The notes: generated from the sequence alone by a model not told the origin. A stretch of 51,559 nt of DNA from Hyphomicrobiales bacterium (GCA_003963125.1 RXJK01000038.1:1-51559); one strand, 5' to 3'; shown: positions 1 through 10,003, counted from the stretch's first letter. Made by a program: numbers and translations.

Positions 1-199
1 CCCTCGGCGCTTTGCCGCAAGGCATCGTTTCCGCCTGGGAACGGTTGCGATGCACCCATGGCGAACGCGTCCGATTGACGGTATAGGGAGATTTGGGCGC
101 GCGCGATGCCTTGCAGAGGGCTGACGCGCAAAGCGTGTCGAGCTGATCGCCCCCAAGTCGGTGTTGAACCCGAGAAGACCACCCGAGGAGAGCCCAGCC

Positions 200-1660
200 A
201 TGTCCGTGGTGCTGCCCGAGCCGGACCAGCGCATCGTCGCCCGCCGCGACGCGATCGTGGCCGACCTCCGGAAGCTCGTGGGACCGGGCGTCATCATCTC
301 GGACACAGACGGGCGCCGGGCCTTCGAGACCGACGCGCTGACCGCCTACCGCCGCATGCCGCTGGCGGTGGCCCTTCCCTCCACGACCGAAGAAGTCTCA
401 CGACTGCTGCGCTACTGCCACCAGAATGGCATCAAGGTCGTGGCTCGGGGCGCCGGCACCTCCCTGTCGGGGGGCGCCCTGCCGGCCGAGGACGCGCTCG
501 TGATCGGGGTGTCGCGGATGAACCGCGTGCTCGAGATCGACTATGCCAGCCGCGTGGCGCGGCTCGAGGTCGGCATTACCAATCTCGCCGTCAGCGAGAC
601 GGTGAAGGCCGGCGGCTTCTTCTACGCGCCCGATCCGTCGAGCCAGCTCGCCTGCACCATCGCCGGCAACATCGGCATGAATTCCGGCGGCGCCCACTGC
701 CTGCGCTACGGCGTGACGACCAACAACATCCTCGGCGTGAAGATGGTGCTGATGGACGGACAGATCGTCGAGATCGGCGGCGCCCATCTGGATGCCCCGG
801 GCTACGATCTTTTGGGTCTTGTCATCGGCTCGGAAGGCCAGTTCGGCATCGTCACCGAGGCCACCGTGCGCATCCTTCGGTCGGCGGAAGGGGCCCGGCC
901 CATGCTGTTCGGCTTCGATTCGCCCGAGGCGGCGGGGCAGTGCGTCGCGGCGATCATCGGTGCCGGCATCATTCCCGTCGCCATCGAGTACATGGACAAG
1001 CCCGCGATCCACGTGTGCGAGGCCTTCGCCAAGGCCGGCTACCCGATGGACGTCGAAGCCCTGCTGATCGTCGAGGTCGAGGGCTCGGAGCAGGAAATCG
1101 TCGACCTTCTGGACGTCATCGCCAAGCTGGCGGAGCCTTTCCATCCCAAGAGCGTGCGCGTCAGCCGCAGCGCCGAGGAGAGCGCGGCCATCTGGAAGGG
1201 TCGCAAATCGGCCTTCGGCGCCATCGGCCGCGTGGCGGATTATCTCTGCATGGACGGCACGATCCCGCTGGGCCGGCTCGGCGAGGTGCTGGTCTCGATC
1301 GGCCAGATCGGCGACAAGCACGGGCTGAAGGTGGCCAACATCTTCCACGCCGGCGACGGCAACCTGCATCCGCTCATTCTTTACAATGCCAACGATCCTG
1401 TAGAGGCGGAAAAGGCCGAGCAGGCCGGAAACGACATCCTGCAGCTCTGCGTGACGGTCGGCGGCTGCCTGACGGGGGAGCACGGCGTAGGCATCGAGAA
1501 GCGCGACCTCATGCGCGTGCAGTACGAAGAAAATGATCTCGTGCAGCAGATGCGTGTGAAGACCGTGTTCGACCCCGCGTGGCTGCTCAACCCGCACAAG
1601 GTATTTCCGCTCGACGGCCGCGAGGCGGCCTACGAAGCACTGCCGGAAGCGGCGGAATAG
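200..1660 (+). CDS. glcD: glycolate oxidase FAD-linked subunit GlcD
   Basis: ORF 161..1660. The translation carries FAD-linked oxidase motifs (VVARGAGTSLSGGA, GNIGMNSGGAHCLRYG) and a C-terminal GEHGVG. The ATG at 200 (MSVVLPEP) is preferred over the upstream alternative start. glcE and glcF follow directly. Confidence 0.9.
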   Translation: MSVVLPEPDQRIVARRDAIVADLRKLVGPGVIISDTDGRRAFETDALTAYRRMPLAVALPSTTEEVSRLLRYCHQNGIKVVARGAGTSLSGGALPAEDALVIGVSRMNRVLEIDYASRVARLEVGITNLAVSETVKAGGFFYAPDPSSQLACTIAGNIGMNSGGAHCLRYGVTTNNILGVKMVLMDGQIVEIGGAHLDAPGYDLLGLVIGSEGQFGIVTEATVRILRSAEGARPMLFGFDSPEAAGQCVAAIIGAGIIPVAIEYMDKPAIHVCEAFAKAGYPMDVEALLIVEVEGSEQEIVDLLDVIAKLAEPFHPKSVRVSRSAEESAAIWKGRKSAFGAIGRVADYLCMDGTIPLGRLGEVLVSIGQIGDKHGLKVANIFHAGDGNLHPLILYNANDPVEAEKAEQAGNDILQLCVTVGGCLTGEHGVGIEKRDLMRVQYEENDLVQQMRVKTVFDPAWLLNPHKVFPLDGREAAYEALPEAAE

Positions 1661-1681
1661 CCGGCAGGAGAGACGCGCCCC

Positions 1682-2899
1682 GTGAAGACCATCCGCCCCA
1701 TCGATGATCGCGAGTGCGCGCGTGTCTTCTCCGACGCGCTCGCGGCAGGCACGCCGCTCGATATCCGCGGCTCCGGCACCAAGGCCAATGTCGGCCGCCC
1801 CGTCGCAGCCGAAGCCATCGTCTCGACCCGCGCCATGCGCGGCGTCACCCTCTATGAGCCGACCGAAATGGTCATGTCGGCGCGTGCCGGCACCCTTCTG
1901 GCACAGATCGAGGATGATCTCGCAGGCCGCCGCCAGATGCTGGCCTTCGAGCCGGTCGACCTCGCAAACGTGACGGGCGGCGATGCGAAGGAGACGACGA
2001 TCGCCTCGGTGTTCGCGACCAATTCGTCGGGCGCGCGCCGCATTCTCTACGGGGCCGCACGCGATCACCTGCTGGGCCTGCGTGGCGTCAACGGTCGCGG
2101 CGAGGCGTTCAAGGCCGGCGGCCGGGTGATGAAGAACGTGACGGGCGTCGACCTGTGCCGCGGCCTCTCGGGCAGCTGGGGTACGCTCGCGCTGATGACG
2201 GAGGTGACGTTCAAGGTCCTCCCCGTCCCGGCCGAGACCTGCACCCTCATCCTGCTCGGGCTGGCCGATTCCTTCGCCATCGAGACCCTTTGCGCGAGCC
2301 TCGGTACGCCCTTCGAGGTCTCGGGCGCCGTGCATTTGCAGGCGCCGCTCGTGAAGCGCCTGTGGCACGAAGGCCTGCGCGAACAGGGCGAAGCCATTAC
2401 TGCGATCAGGCTGGAGAACTTCCCGAAATCCATCGCCTACCGCAAGGAACGCCTCAAGGAGGCGCTCAAGATCTACGGCGAGGTGTTCGAGCTCGAACAC
2501 GACAACTCGCTCTCGTTCTGGGGCGAGCTCAGGCAGCTTTCGCTCCTGCAGGACAGCACCGCGCCGCTCTGGCGCATCTCGACCACGCCGACGCTGGGCG
2601 CCAAGCTCGTGGCCGCGATCGGCAATTACATGAAGTGCCACGCCTACTATGACTGGTCCGGCGGGCTTATATGGGTGGAAGTGCCCTCGACCAGTGACGC
2701 GGGCGTCGCCGACATCCGCCGTGTCGTGGCCATGCACGGCGGCCACGCGACCCTGATCCGCGCGCCGGAGGAAGTCCGCGCCGCTGTCGACGTCTTCCAG
2801 CCCCTCGAGCCCGGCGTGGAGATGCTGACGCGCCGCCTGAAGTCCGCCTTCGATCCGAGCGGCATCCTCAATCGCGGGCGCATGTACGCCAACCTCTAG
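1682..2899 (+). CDS. glcE: glycolate oxidase FAD-binding subunit GlcE
   Basis: 405-aa ORF with a GTG start, 21 nt after glcD. It has an FAD-binding PCMH-like N-terminus (IRGSGTK, NVTGVDL) and the typical glcD-glcE-glcF order. Confidence 0.85.
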   Translation: MKTIRPIDDRECARVFSDALAAGTPLDIRGSGTKANVGRPVAAEAIVSTRAMRGVTLYEPTEMVMSARAGTLLAQIEDDLAGRRQMLAFEPVDLANVTGGDAKETTIASVFATNSSGARRILYGAARDHLLGLRGVNGRGEAFKAGGRVMKNVTGVDLCRGLSGSWGTLALMTEVTFKVLPVPAETCTLILLGLADSFAIETLCASLGTPFEVSGAVHLQAPLVKRLWHEGLREQGEAITAIRLENFPKSIAYRKERLKEALKIYGEVFELEHDNSLSFWGELRQLSLLQDSTAPLWRISTTPTLGAKLVAAIGNYMKCHAYYDWSGGLIWVEVPSTSDAGVADIRRVVAMHGGHATLIRAPEEVRAAVDVFQPLEPGVEMLTRRLKSAFDPSGILNRGRMYANL

Positions 2900-2913
2900 G
2901 CCGACGAGACCTC

Positions 2914-4272
2914 ATGCAGACGAACTTCACGCCCCAGCAGCTCAAGGACCCCAAGATCGCGGAGGTCGAGAGCATCCTGAGGCGCTGTGTCCACTGCGGC
3001 TTCTGCACGGCGACGTGCCCCACCTACGTGCTGATGGGCGACGAGCGCGACAGCCCGCGCGGGCGCATCTACCTCATGAAGGAGATGTTCGAGAAGGCGC
3101 TGCCGGCGAGCCCCGAGGTCAAGACGCACGTCGACCGCTGTCTCTCGTGCCTCTCCTGCATGACGACGTGTCCCTCGGGCGTCGACTACATGCACCTCGT
3201 CGACACGGCGCGTGCGCATATCGAGGAGACCGGCCCGCGTAGCCTCAAGGAACGCGTCGTCCGTGCCCTGGTCGCGGCCACGGTGCCCTACCCTGCCTGT
3301 TTTCGCTCCGCACTCATCGCGGCCCGGCTGGCACGTCCGCTGATTCCGCTGCTCCGCGCCTTGGGCCTCAAGGAAATGGTCGCCATGCTGGAGCTGGCGC
3401 CGGCCAACGTCGCCAGAACCGCGCGCTTTTCGGGGCCTGGCCAAGCCGTCCCCTCGCAGGAGCGCCGCAAGCGGGTGATCCTGCTCGCCGGCTGCGCGCA
3501 GCAGGTGCTGCGGCCTGACATCAACGACGCCACGATCCGCCTCCTGGCGCGGCGCGGCGTCGATGTGGAAGTCGCGCCCGGCGCCGGCTGCTGCGGCGCG
3601 CTCGTGCATCATATGGGCCGGGAGGAAGCGGCCATCGAGATGGCCAAGCGCAATGTCGACGCTTGGACCCGCGTGATCGAGAAGCGCGGCCCCATCGACG
3701 CGGTGATCATTAACACCTCGGGCTGCGGCACGACGGTCAAGGACTACGGCCACATGCTGCGCGGCGTCGACGGCTACGCCGACAAGGCCGCCCGCATCGC
3801 CAGCATCACCCGCGACGTCAGCGAGTTCCTGGCGGCCTACGAGATGGGCCCGCCGAAGCGGTTCTCATCCTTGCGCGTTGCCTATCATTCGGCCTGCTCG
3901 ATGCAGCACGGCCAGCGCATCCACGACGCCCCGCGCAAGCTCTTGCGCAACGCCGGTTTCACCGTGACCGAGATCCCGGAGGCGCACCTGTGCTGCGGCT
4001 CGGCCGGCACCTACAACATCATGCAGCCCGACATCGCCGCGGCACTGCGCGATCGCAAGGTTGCCAATATCGAGAGCGTCCGCCCGGACCTGGTCGCGGC
4101 GGGCAACATCGGCTGCATCACGCAGCTGGCGACGGAATTGCGCATTCCGATCGCCCACACGGTGGAATTGCTCGACTGGGCCTACGGCGGGCCCGTGCCG
4201 CGCGGCCTGGAAGACTTGGAAGCGCACGTGAAAGACGTGCCGGATCCGAAACCCTTGTTGGTCACCACCTGA
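2914..4272 (+). CDS. glcF: glycolate oxidase iron-sulfur subunit GlcF
   Basis: 452-aa ORF with two 4Fe-4S ferredoxin motifs (CVHCGFCTATCP, CLSCLSCMTTCP) and C-terminal CCG-type cysteine-rich repeats (GCCG, HLCCGSAG). Confidence 0.9.
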   Translation: MQTNFTPQQLKDPKIAEVESILRRCVHCGFCTATCPTYVLMGDERDSPRGRIYLMKEMFEKALPASPEVKTHVDRCLSCLSCMTTCPSGVDYMHLVDTARAHIEETGPRSLKERVVRALVAATVPYPACFRSALIAARLARPLIPLLRALGLKEMVAMLELAPANVARTARFSGPGQAVPSQERRKRVILLAGCAQQVLRPDINDATIRLLARRGVDVEVAPGAGCCGALVHHMGREEAAIEMAKRNVDAWTRVIEKRGPIDAVIINTSGCGTTVKDYGHMLRGVDGYADKAARIASITRDVSEFLAAYEMGPPKRFSSLRVAYHSACSMQHGQRIHDAPRKLLRNAGFTVTEIPEAHLCCGSAGTYNIMQPDIAAALRDRKVANIESVRPDLVAAGNIGCITQLATELRIPIAHTVELLDWAYGGPVPRGLEDLEAHVKDVPDPKPLLVTT

Positions 4273-4284
4273 CGCGCCGGGGCC

Positions 4285-4752
4285 ATGCTCGACGTTGCCG
4301 ACATTGCAGTGCGCATCACCGCGGCGGGACTGATCGGCGGCGCCATCGGCCTCAACCGCAACCTGCATCACAAGTACATCGGCTTGCGCACGCTGGCGCT
4401 GATCGGAGCGGCCGCTTCGGGCATCGTGCTCGTCACGCTCGATGCCGCGCAGGGCGAGGCGCATGTCGATGCCATGAGCCGCGTCATCCAGGGGCTTCTG
4501 ACGGGAGTGGGCTTCATCGGCGCCGGCGTCATCGTGCGCGGGCCCACGGAGAAGAAAGTGCATGGCTTGACCACGGCCGCGTCCGTCTGGACGGTGGCTG
4601 TCATCGGCATTTTGTGCGGGGCGGGCGTCTGGCGCGTCGCGGCAGTTCTCGTCGCCGTCTCGGCGGTCATCCTGCTCGTCGGTGGCCCCGTCGAAAGGCG
4701 CGTGCACGCCTTCTTCGATGCCCTCTACGGCGAGGATGAGCCGAAAGAGTAG
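4285..4752 (+). CDS. MgtC/SapB family membrane protein
   Basis: 155-aa hydrophobic ORF whose N-terminus (AAGLIGGAIGLNRNLHHK..GLRT) is typical of the MgtC family. Confidence 0.75.
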   Translation: MLDVADIAVRITAAGLIGGAIGLNRNLHHKYIGLRTLALIGAAASGIVLVTLDAAQGEAHVDAMSRVIQGLLTGVGFIGAGVIVRGPTEKKVHGLTTAASVWTVAVIGILCGAGVWRVAAVLVAVSAVILLVGGPVERRVHAFFDALYGEDEPKE

Positions 4753-4753
4753 C

Positions 4754-5908
4754 TCAGTTCGCCTCGGCCCAGGCGCCGAGCCGCTGCAGGAAGCCCAGGC
4801 ATTTTTCCAGTTCGGAGACGGCGATGAACTCGTCGGGCTTGTGCGCCTGGTCGATGTTGCCGGGCCCGCAGACGACGGACGGCGCGCCCTGGTCCTGGAA
4901 CAGGCCGGCCTCCGTGGCGTACGACACCGCGAAGGTTTCGTTCTGCCCTGCGAGTTGCAGCGCCAAGGGAAGCGCGAGACCCGAGGCGCTCGCGACGAAC
5001 GCCGGCACCTCGCGCGTCGTGAACGTGATGTGGGCCTCAGGTGCATGCTCCCGCATCTCGGCTTCCAGTTTGGCCGCGAGCTTGCGGATGCGCGCATCCA
5101 CCGGCCCCACATCGAAGCCCGGCAGCCGGCGCGTCTCGAACCCGAACGTGCACGGCGCCGGCGTGATGTTGGAGGCCGTGCCGCCGTTGATCGTCGTGAT
5201 CGCCATCGTCGAATAGGGCGGATCGAAGCGCGGATTGACGTCTCGCTTCAGTTCGGCCTCGATCTCGAGGATCTCCGACATCATCCGCGTCGCTGCGGCG
5301 ATGGCATTGACGCCGAGCTGCGGCATGCTGGAATGCGACGCGCGGCCCTGGATATCGACCACCCAGCGCATCGGGCCCTTGTGGGCGTCGACCACCTGCA
5401 TGGTCGTGGGCTCGCCGACGATCACCGCCTTGGGCATCGTCAGGCTCTTGCCGAGTTCCGCCACCAGCGGCCGCACGCCGATGCACCCCACCTCCTCGTC
5501 GTAGGAGAAGATGATGTGGATCGGCGTCTTCAGCTCGAGCGATTTGAACGCCGGCACCATCGCGAGGACGGCCGCCAGGAAGCCCTTCATGTCCGCCGTG
5601 CCGCGCCCATAGAGAAGCCCGCTGCGTTCCACGAGCGTGAAGGGATCGGTCGCCCAGTCCTGCCCCGTGACGGGCACGACGTCGGTGTGGCCCGACAGGC
5701 CGACACCCGGCACGCCCTTGGGACCGATGGTTGCGAACAGGCTCGCCTTCAAGCCGTCGGGCGTGGGGACGAGCTGGCTCTCCGTCCCGTGGTCGGCGAG
5801 GTAGCCCTGCACGAACTCGATAAGCGGAATGTTCGTCTTGTGGCTGGTGGTATCGAACGCGACGAGCTTGGCCAGGAGGTCCTTGGCCGCGGTCAGAGGG
5901 AGTGTCAT
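4754..5908 (-). CDS. argE: acetylornithine deacetylase-type M20 peptidase (ArgE-like)
   Basis: This is the internal ATG (cat at 5906..5908) of the long ORF 4754..6421, giving a 384-aa protein MTLPLTAAKDLLAKLVAFDTTS... It has M20 metal-site motifs (GHTDVVP, GRGTADMKG, SYDEEVG). The upstream 171 codons overlap apaG in another frame and look non-coding. Confidence 0.85.
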   Translation of the reverse strand: MTLPLTAAKDLLAKLVAFDTTSHKTNIPLIEFVQGYLADHGTESQLVPTPDGLKASLFATIGPKGVPGVGLSGHTDVVPVTGQDWATDPFTLVERSGLLYGRGTADMKGFLAAVLAMVPAFKSLELKTPIHIIFSYDEEVGCIGVRPLVAELGKSLTMPKAVIVGEPTTMQVVDAHKGPMRWVVDIQGRASHSSMPQLGVNAIAAATRMMSEILEIEAELKRDVNPRFDPPYSTMAITTINGGTASNITPAPCTFGFETRRLPGFDVGPVDARIRKLAAKLEAEMREHAPEAHITFTTREVPAFVASASGLALPLALQLAGQNETFAVSYATEAGLFQDQGAPSVVCGPGNIDQAHKPDEFIAVSELEKCLGFLQRLGAWAEAN

Positions 5909-5916
5909 CAGGCCCT

Positions 5917-6366
5917 TCAGTTCAGACTTTTTCGCGTGTGCGGGCTGTCGAGAGAGAACGCCGGAATCTCGACGTTGAACAGCGTCCCGTCCTCCCGCGT
6001 CATCTGGTAGGTGCCGACCATGATGCCAGATGGCGTGCTCAACGGGCAACCGGAGGTGTAGCGGAAGCTCTCTCCCGGACGCAGGACAGGTGTCTGCCCC
6101 ACGACGCCCGGGCCCCTCACCTCCTCGGTGCGCCCGTTGCCGTCGATGATGCGCCAGTGCCGGGACCGCAGCCGGACCGTCTCGGAGCCCCCGTTGCTGA
6201 TCTCGACCGTGTAGGCCCAGAAGTAGCGGCTCTCCTCTGGCGTGGAATCCTTCTCTATGTACTGTGGGGTGACCCGCACCGTGATGTTGTCGGTCACTGC
6301 CTCGTATTCGCTGGCCACGGCGCTGTCTTTCCGATCGTCCGTCCGAACGCCGACGACGGCCCGCAT
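5917..6366 (-). CDS. apaG: ApaG (DUF525) protein
   Basis: 149-aa ORF with the ApaG hallmark sequence ([33 protein letters not shown]...[10 protein letters not shown]...[19 protein letters not shown]). Confidence 0.85.
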   Translation of the reverse strand: MRAVVGVRTDDRKDSAVASEYEAVTDNITVRVTPQYIEKDSTPEESRYFWAYTVEISNGGSETVRLRSRHWRIIDGNGRTEEVRGPGVVGQTPVLRPGESFRYTSGCPLSTPSGIMVGTYQMTREDGTLFNVEIPAFSLDSPHTRKSLN

Positions 6367-6424
6367 CGGGGCCGCCGCCGTCTCGCTCGTCAGATTTAGC
6401 CCGGCGCAGGACGCCGGTCACCCC

Positions 6425-7636
6425 TCACCCCGCTGTTGCAGCCGCAAGTCCGCGGTCGATATCGGCCAATAGGTCGCTTGCCGCTTCGAGGCCGACGGAC
6501 AGCCGCAGCATGCCGTCGGTGATCCCGAGCCCGAGACGATCCTCCGGCTTGAGGCGCTGGTGGGTCGTGGTCGCGGGGTGGGTTATGAGGCTCTTGGCGT
6601 CCCCGAGATTGTTGGAAATTTTGATGAGTTTCAGAGCATTGAGGAAGCGGAATGCAGCCGGCTTGCCGCCCTCGATCACGAACGTCACCATCTGCCCCGG
6701 TCCCAGCATCTGCTGCTTCGCCAGAGCCTTCTGCGGGAAATTGGGAAGTTCCGCATAGAGCACCTTCGCGACCCCGGCCCGGCCCGCAAGATGGGAAGCG
6801 ACCTTGGACGCGCTGTCGCACTGCGCGCGCACGCGCAGGGGAAGCGTCTCTAGGCCTTTGAGCATCACCCAGGCATTGAACGGGCTCATGGCTGGGCCCG
6901 TCTGCCGCAGGAAATTGTGCAGATGGTCCTTGAGGTACTTCTCCGATCCGAGCACCACGCCGCCGAGGCACCGTCCCTGGCCGTCGATATGCTTCGTCGC
7001 CGAGTACATGACGACGTCGGCGCCGTGCTCCAGAGGCTTCTGCAGGATCGGCGTGGCGAACACGTTGTCGACGAACACGAGCGCGCCGGCGTCGTGCGCG
7101 ATTTTTGAAACAGCCGCGATATCGACGAGATCGAGCGTGGGATTGGCCGGCGTCTCGAAGAAGAACGCCTTCGTATTGGGCTTGACGGCGTTGGCCCACG
7201 CCTCCGTCTCACGGCCGTCGACCAGCGTGTAGCTGATCCCGAAGCGGGGACAGAGATCCTGCACCACGTAGAGACACGACCCGAACATCGCCCGCGCCGC
7301 GACGATGTGATCGCCAGCTTTCAGGTAGGAGAGGAGCGCTGCCGTGATGGCGGCCATGCCCGTTGCCGTCGCACGCGCGGCTTCCGCGCCTTCCAGGAGC
7401 CGCATCCGCTCCTCGAACATCGCGACCGTTGGGTTCGAGAAGCGGGAGTAGATGAAGCCCGGATCCTCGTCCTTGAAGCGCGCCTCCGCCTGCTCCGCCG
7501 TCTGGTAGACGAACGACTGGGTGAGGAACATCGCCTCCGAGATTTCACCGAACTGCGAACGCAGGGTTCCCCCGTGCACCAGCAGCGTTTCGGGCGACCA
7601 AGTCGGATCGGGTTGCGGAGGTTTGATATCTGCCAT
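6425..7636 (-). CDS. metZ: O-succinylhomoserine sulfhydrylase (Cys/Met-metabolism PLP enzyme)
   Basis: The ORF carries the PLP-lysine motif YSATKHIDGQG and the SRFSNPT motif. The ATG at 7636 (MADIK) is preceded by GGGAG 7 nt upstream. A SAM-II riboswitch lies in the leader. Confidence 0.9.
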   Translation of the reverse strand: MADIKPPQPDPTWSPETLLVHGGTLRSQFGEISEAMFLTQSFVYQTAEQAEARFKDEDPGFIYSRFSNPTVAMFEERMRLLEGAEAARATATGMAAITAALLSYLKAGDHIVAARAMFGSCLYVVQDLCPRFGISYTLVDGRETEAWANAVKPNTKAFFFETPANPTLDLVDIAAVSKIAHDAGALVFVDNVFATPILQKPLEHGADVVMYSATKHIDGQGRCLGGVVLGSEKYLKDHLHNFLRQTGPAMSPFNAWVMLKGLETLPLRVRAQCDSASKVASHLAGRAGVAKVLYAELPNFPQKALAKQQMLGPGQMVTFVIEGGKPAAFRFLNALKLIKISNNLGDAKSLITHPATTTHQRLKPEDRLGLGITDGMLRLSVGLEAASDLLADIDRGLAAATAG

Positions 7637-7674
7637 TTTTTCGCTCCCGCCCGAGCCCTTCATGATCCTCGGGC

Positions 7675-7795
7675 ATAAAAAATCCGACCTGTGGACCCGG
7701 ACTAGAGCCGGGCGCGACGGTCGGATACGAGCGCTCGGCCTTTTAGCGACTTATTTAACGTGGCTGCAAGCCGGCCGGCCAAATCACCACGGACA
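7675..7795 (-). promoter_or_regulatory. SAM-II (metA-type) riboswitch aptamer plus intrinsic-terminator expression platform in the metZ leader
   Basis: The minus-strand RNA from about 7795 to 7738 reads GUGAUUUGGCCGGCCGGCUUGCAGCCACGUUAAAUAAGUCGCUAAAAGG. This contains the SAM-II signature blocks GAUUU / GGCUUG / UUAAA / GCUAAAAG. Downstream there is an 8-bp stem AUCCGACC...GGUCGGAU (7684..7724) followed by UUUUUU (7675..7683). Confidence 0.7.
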
Positions 7796-7889
7796 TCGGC
7801 GTGGATTACATTGGCGCCGGGCTTGGCGTCAATAGGTTATTGCCGTACTTGGAAACGCAGCATCAAGTGCATCGCAAGAGGGAAGAACT

Positions 7890-8981
7890 TTGCGCGGTCA
7901 TGCCGGTATCCTGCCTGTGCAGGCGATCCGCCAGCTCATCGAGGAACGGGCCGTCGTGCTGGCCGAGGCGCCGGCTGCAAACCAGCTCCAGCCGGCAAGC
8001 CTCGATCTGCGCCTCAAGGACATGGCCTACAGGGTGCGGGCAAGCTTTCTGCCTGGCCCCGGCGCCACCATCGCCTCCAAGCTGAGCGACAAGGACATCA
8101 CGCTCCACACGTTTTCGCTCAAGCCCGGCGCCGTGCTCGAGACCGGCTGCGTCTACATCGTGCCGCTGATGGAAAGCCTTGCGCTGCCCGACGACATCTC
8201 GGCTGCCTGCAATCCAAAGAGCTCCACCGGCCGCCTCGACATCTTCACCCGCGTGATCGCCGACGGCATCTCGTCCTTCGACCAGATCCCCGCCGGCTAC
8301 AAAGGGCCGCTTTACGCCGAGATCTGCCCGCAGACCTTTCCCGTGCTGGTGCGGCCCGGGTCCCGCCTGTCGCAGATCCGCTTCCGCAAAGGAACCGTCG
8401 AGGACAGCGACGCCGAGCTTGCCGAACTGCACAAGCGCGAGAAGCTCATCTCCTCCGAAACGGCCGATATCCGCGCCGGGATCGCGCTTTCGGTCGACCT
8501 GACGGGAGATGCCAAGGGCCTCGTGGGGTACCGCGCCAAGCGGCACACGGGCCTGATCGAGGTCGACGTCTCGGGCGAGAGGGCAGTTGCCGATTACTGG
8601 GAGCCGATCCACGCCCATGGCTCCGGACGCCTCGTGCTCGATCCCGACGAGTTCTACATCCTCGCCTCGAAGGAAGCCGTGCACGTGCCGCCGACGCATG
8701 CGGCCGAGATGGTTCCCTTCAACCCGCTGGTCGGCGAGTTCCGCGTGCACTACGCGGGCTTTTTCGACCCCGGATTCGGCCATGCGGCGGCAGGCGGCAG
8801 CGGCTCACGCGCCGTGCTCGAAGTGCGCAGCCACAAGGTGCCCTTCATCCTCGAGGACGGGCAGATCGTCGGCCGGCTCATTTACGAGAGAATGGCCGAG
8901 GTCCCCGACATCCTGTACGGCCGCGACCTCGGCTCCAACTACCAGGCGCAGGGTCTCAAGCTTTCCAAGCACTTCAAATAA
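7890..8981 (+). CDS. dcd: 2'-deoxycytidine 5'-triphosphate deaminase (long DCD-family form)
   Basis: 363-aa ORF with a TTG start. The sequence (GILPVQAIRQLIE...QPASLDLRL...NPKSSTGRLDIFTRVI...) is typical of the roughly 360-aa alphaproteobacterial dCTP deaminase family. Confidence 0.8.
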   Translation: MRGHAGILPVQAIRQLIEERAVVLAEAPAANQLQPASLDLRLKDMAYRVRASFLPGPGATIASKLSDKDITLHTFSLKPGAVLETGCVYIVPLMESLALPDDISAACNPKSSTGRLDIFTRVIADGISSFDQIPAGYKGPLYAEICPQTFPVLVRPGSRLSQIRFRKGTVEDSDAELAELHKREKLISSETADIRAGIALSVDLTGDAKGLVGYRAKRHTGLIEVDVSGERAVADYWEPIHAHGSGRLVLDPDEFYILASKEAVHVPPTHAAEMVPFNPLVGEFRVHYAGFFDPGFGHAAAGGSGSRAVLEVRSHKVPFILEDGQIVGRLIYERMAEVPDILYGRDLGSNYQAQGLKLSKHFK

Positions 8982-9165
8982 GAGAGCTTTTTGGGTCTGC
9001 CTTGTGCCCCGGCGGGTCGCGCCATAATCGGGGCGCGGTTAAGTCCTAGACAGGAATAGTGTGGCCCGCCGCCTGCCGACATGGCATGGAGGGGGCCGAG
9101 GCGTCATGCTAGAAGGGCGCTGCGGGGACCCACCAACGGAATGTACCGGGAGACTGATTCAGTCC

Positions 9166-9819
9166 GTGCCGAGCCCTAACCTCTCCAGATTTCTGACCGT
9201 TTTCGCAAGCCTCGCGGCGCTGGCCTTGGCGCTTGCTGTGCCTGCACGCGCCGACAGTGCAACCGATTGCTTCGGCGAGGATATCGAGCGCCGCATATCG
9301 GGCTGCACGGCGCTGATCGAGCAGCAGGACCCGAGCGCCGGCGACCTGAGCCTCGCCTATGCCATGCGCGCGCTGGCCTTCTCGCTGAAGGGCCAGTACG
9401 AGGTCGCCATCCGCGACTACGACACCGCCATCCACATGCGCCCCGACTTCGCGGTGGCGCTGAACAACCGGGCCTGGGCCTACTACAAGTGGGGCAAGCC
9501 CGACCAGGGCATGGTCGACGTCGAGAAATCGCTCGAGCTGAGCCCCACGAGCCCGCACACGCTAGACACGCGCGCGCACATTCACCAGTCCAAGGGCGAC
9601 CCCGAGGCCGCCATGCGCGACTACGACCGCGCCATGTGGTTCGGCGGCGCCAAGATGATCAAGCTCTACCAGTGCGGCCTGACGGAGCAGCGGCTCTACA
9701 CGGGCGAGATCGACGGCACGTGGCGGCCCGAGCTGACGCAGGCCTTCGAGAAGTGCGTTCGCGACAAGAATTGCGATCCGCTTCCCGCGGACGAGCATTG
9801 CCGCGCGGCGACGTCCTGA
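9166..9819 (+). CDS. secreted TPR-repeat protein with a peptidoglycan-binding-like C-terminus
   Basis: ORF 9061..9819. The GTG at 9166 gives a signal peptide (SPNLSRFLTVFASLAALALALAVPARA). TPR-like repeats follow (AYAMRALAFSLKGQYEVAIRDYDTAI, ALNNRAWAYYKWGKPDQ). The C-terminal YTGEIDGTWRPELTQAFEKC resembles a PG-binding motif. The exact start is uncertain. Confidence 0.65.
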   Translation: MPSPNLSRFLTVFASLAALALALAVPARADSATDCFGEDIERRISGCTALIEQQDPSAGDLSLAYAMRALAFSLKGQYEVAIRDYDTAIHMRPDFAVALNNRAWAYYKWGKPDQGMVDVEKSLELSPTSPHTLDTRAHIHQSKGDPEAAMRDYDRAMWFGGAKMIKLYQCGLTEQRLYTGEIDGTWRPELTQAFEKCVRDKNCDPLPADEHCRAATS

Positions 9820-10003
9820 GCAGGCGGCTCCAGCCGAACAATCACATTCGAGTTGAAGGCGGCGATCTTGTGCTCTATTGGCGAGCACCGGCGGCGCGCG
9901 GCTAGGTTGGGCGCCGTCCGGTCGCGCGTGGTGTCACGAAACCGATAAGATCCGTGCCGATAGCTTGTGCACGCCATCACCTTCAGCCGTCAGGGAGCAG
10001 ACA

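Noticed and set aside
1-58. Possible divergent gene start on the minus strand (ATG at 58..56, MGASQPFPGGNDALRQSAE...).
   Set aside because: Only 19 codons are visible before the window edge. There is no recognisable motif or clear SD, so it cannot be supported.
398-2746. Very long ORFs antisense to, or out of frame with, recognisable genes. Examples: 398..2746(-) 782 aa, 19786..22623(-) 945 aa, 22651..24831(-) 726 aa, 35344..36969(-) 541 aa, 43834..45705(+), 26395..27834(-), 30486..32114(-), 11746..12939(-), 7863..8783(-).
   Set aside because: They overlap genes with unmistakable family signatures on the other strand or frame. Their translations are Arg/Ala/Gly/Pro-rich with no domain features. 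This is the expected stop-codon depletion of non-coding frames in high-GC DNA. Only the last 177 nt of 43834..45882 is real (the DUF1328 ORF).
4897-4924. GGAAC-N16-CGTA on the plus strand inside the argE coding region.
   Set aside because: The -10 element is imperfect (CGTA). It lies inside and antisense to a coding sequence, with no downstream plus-strand gene. It is most likely a chance partial match.
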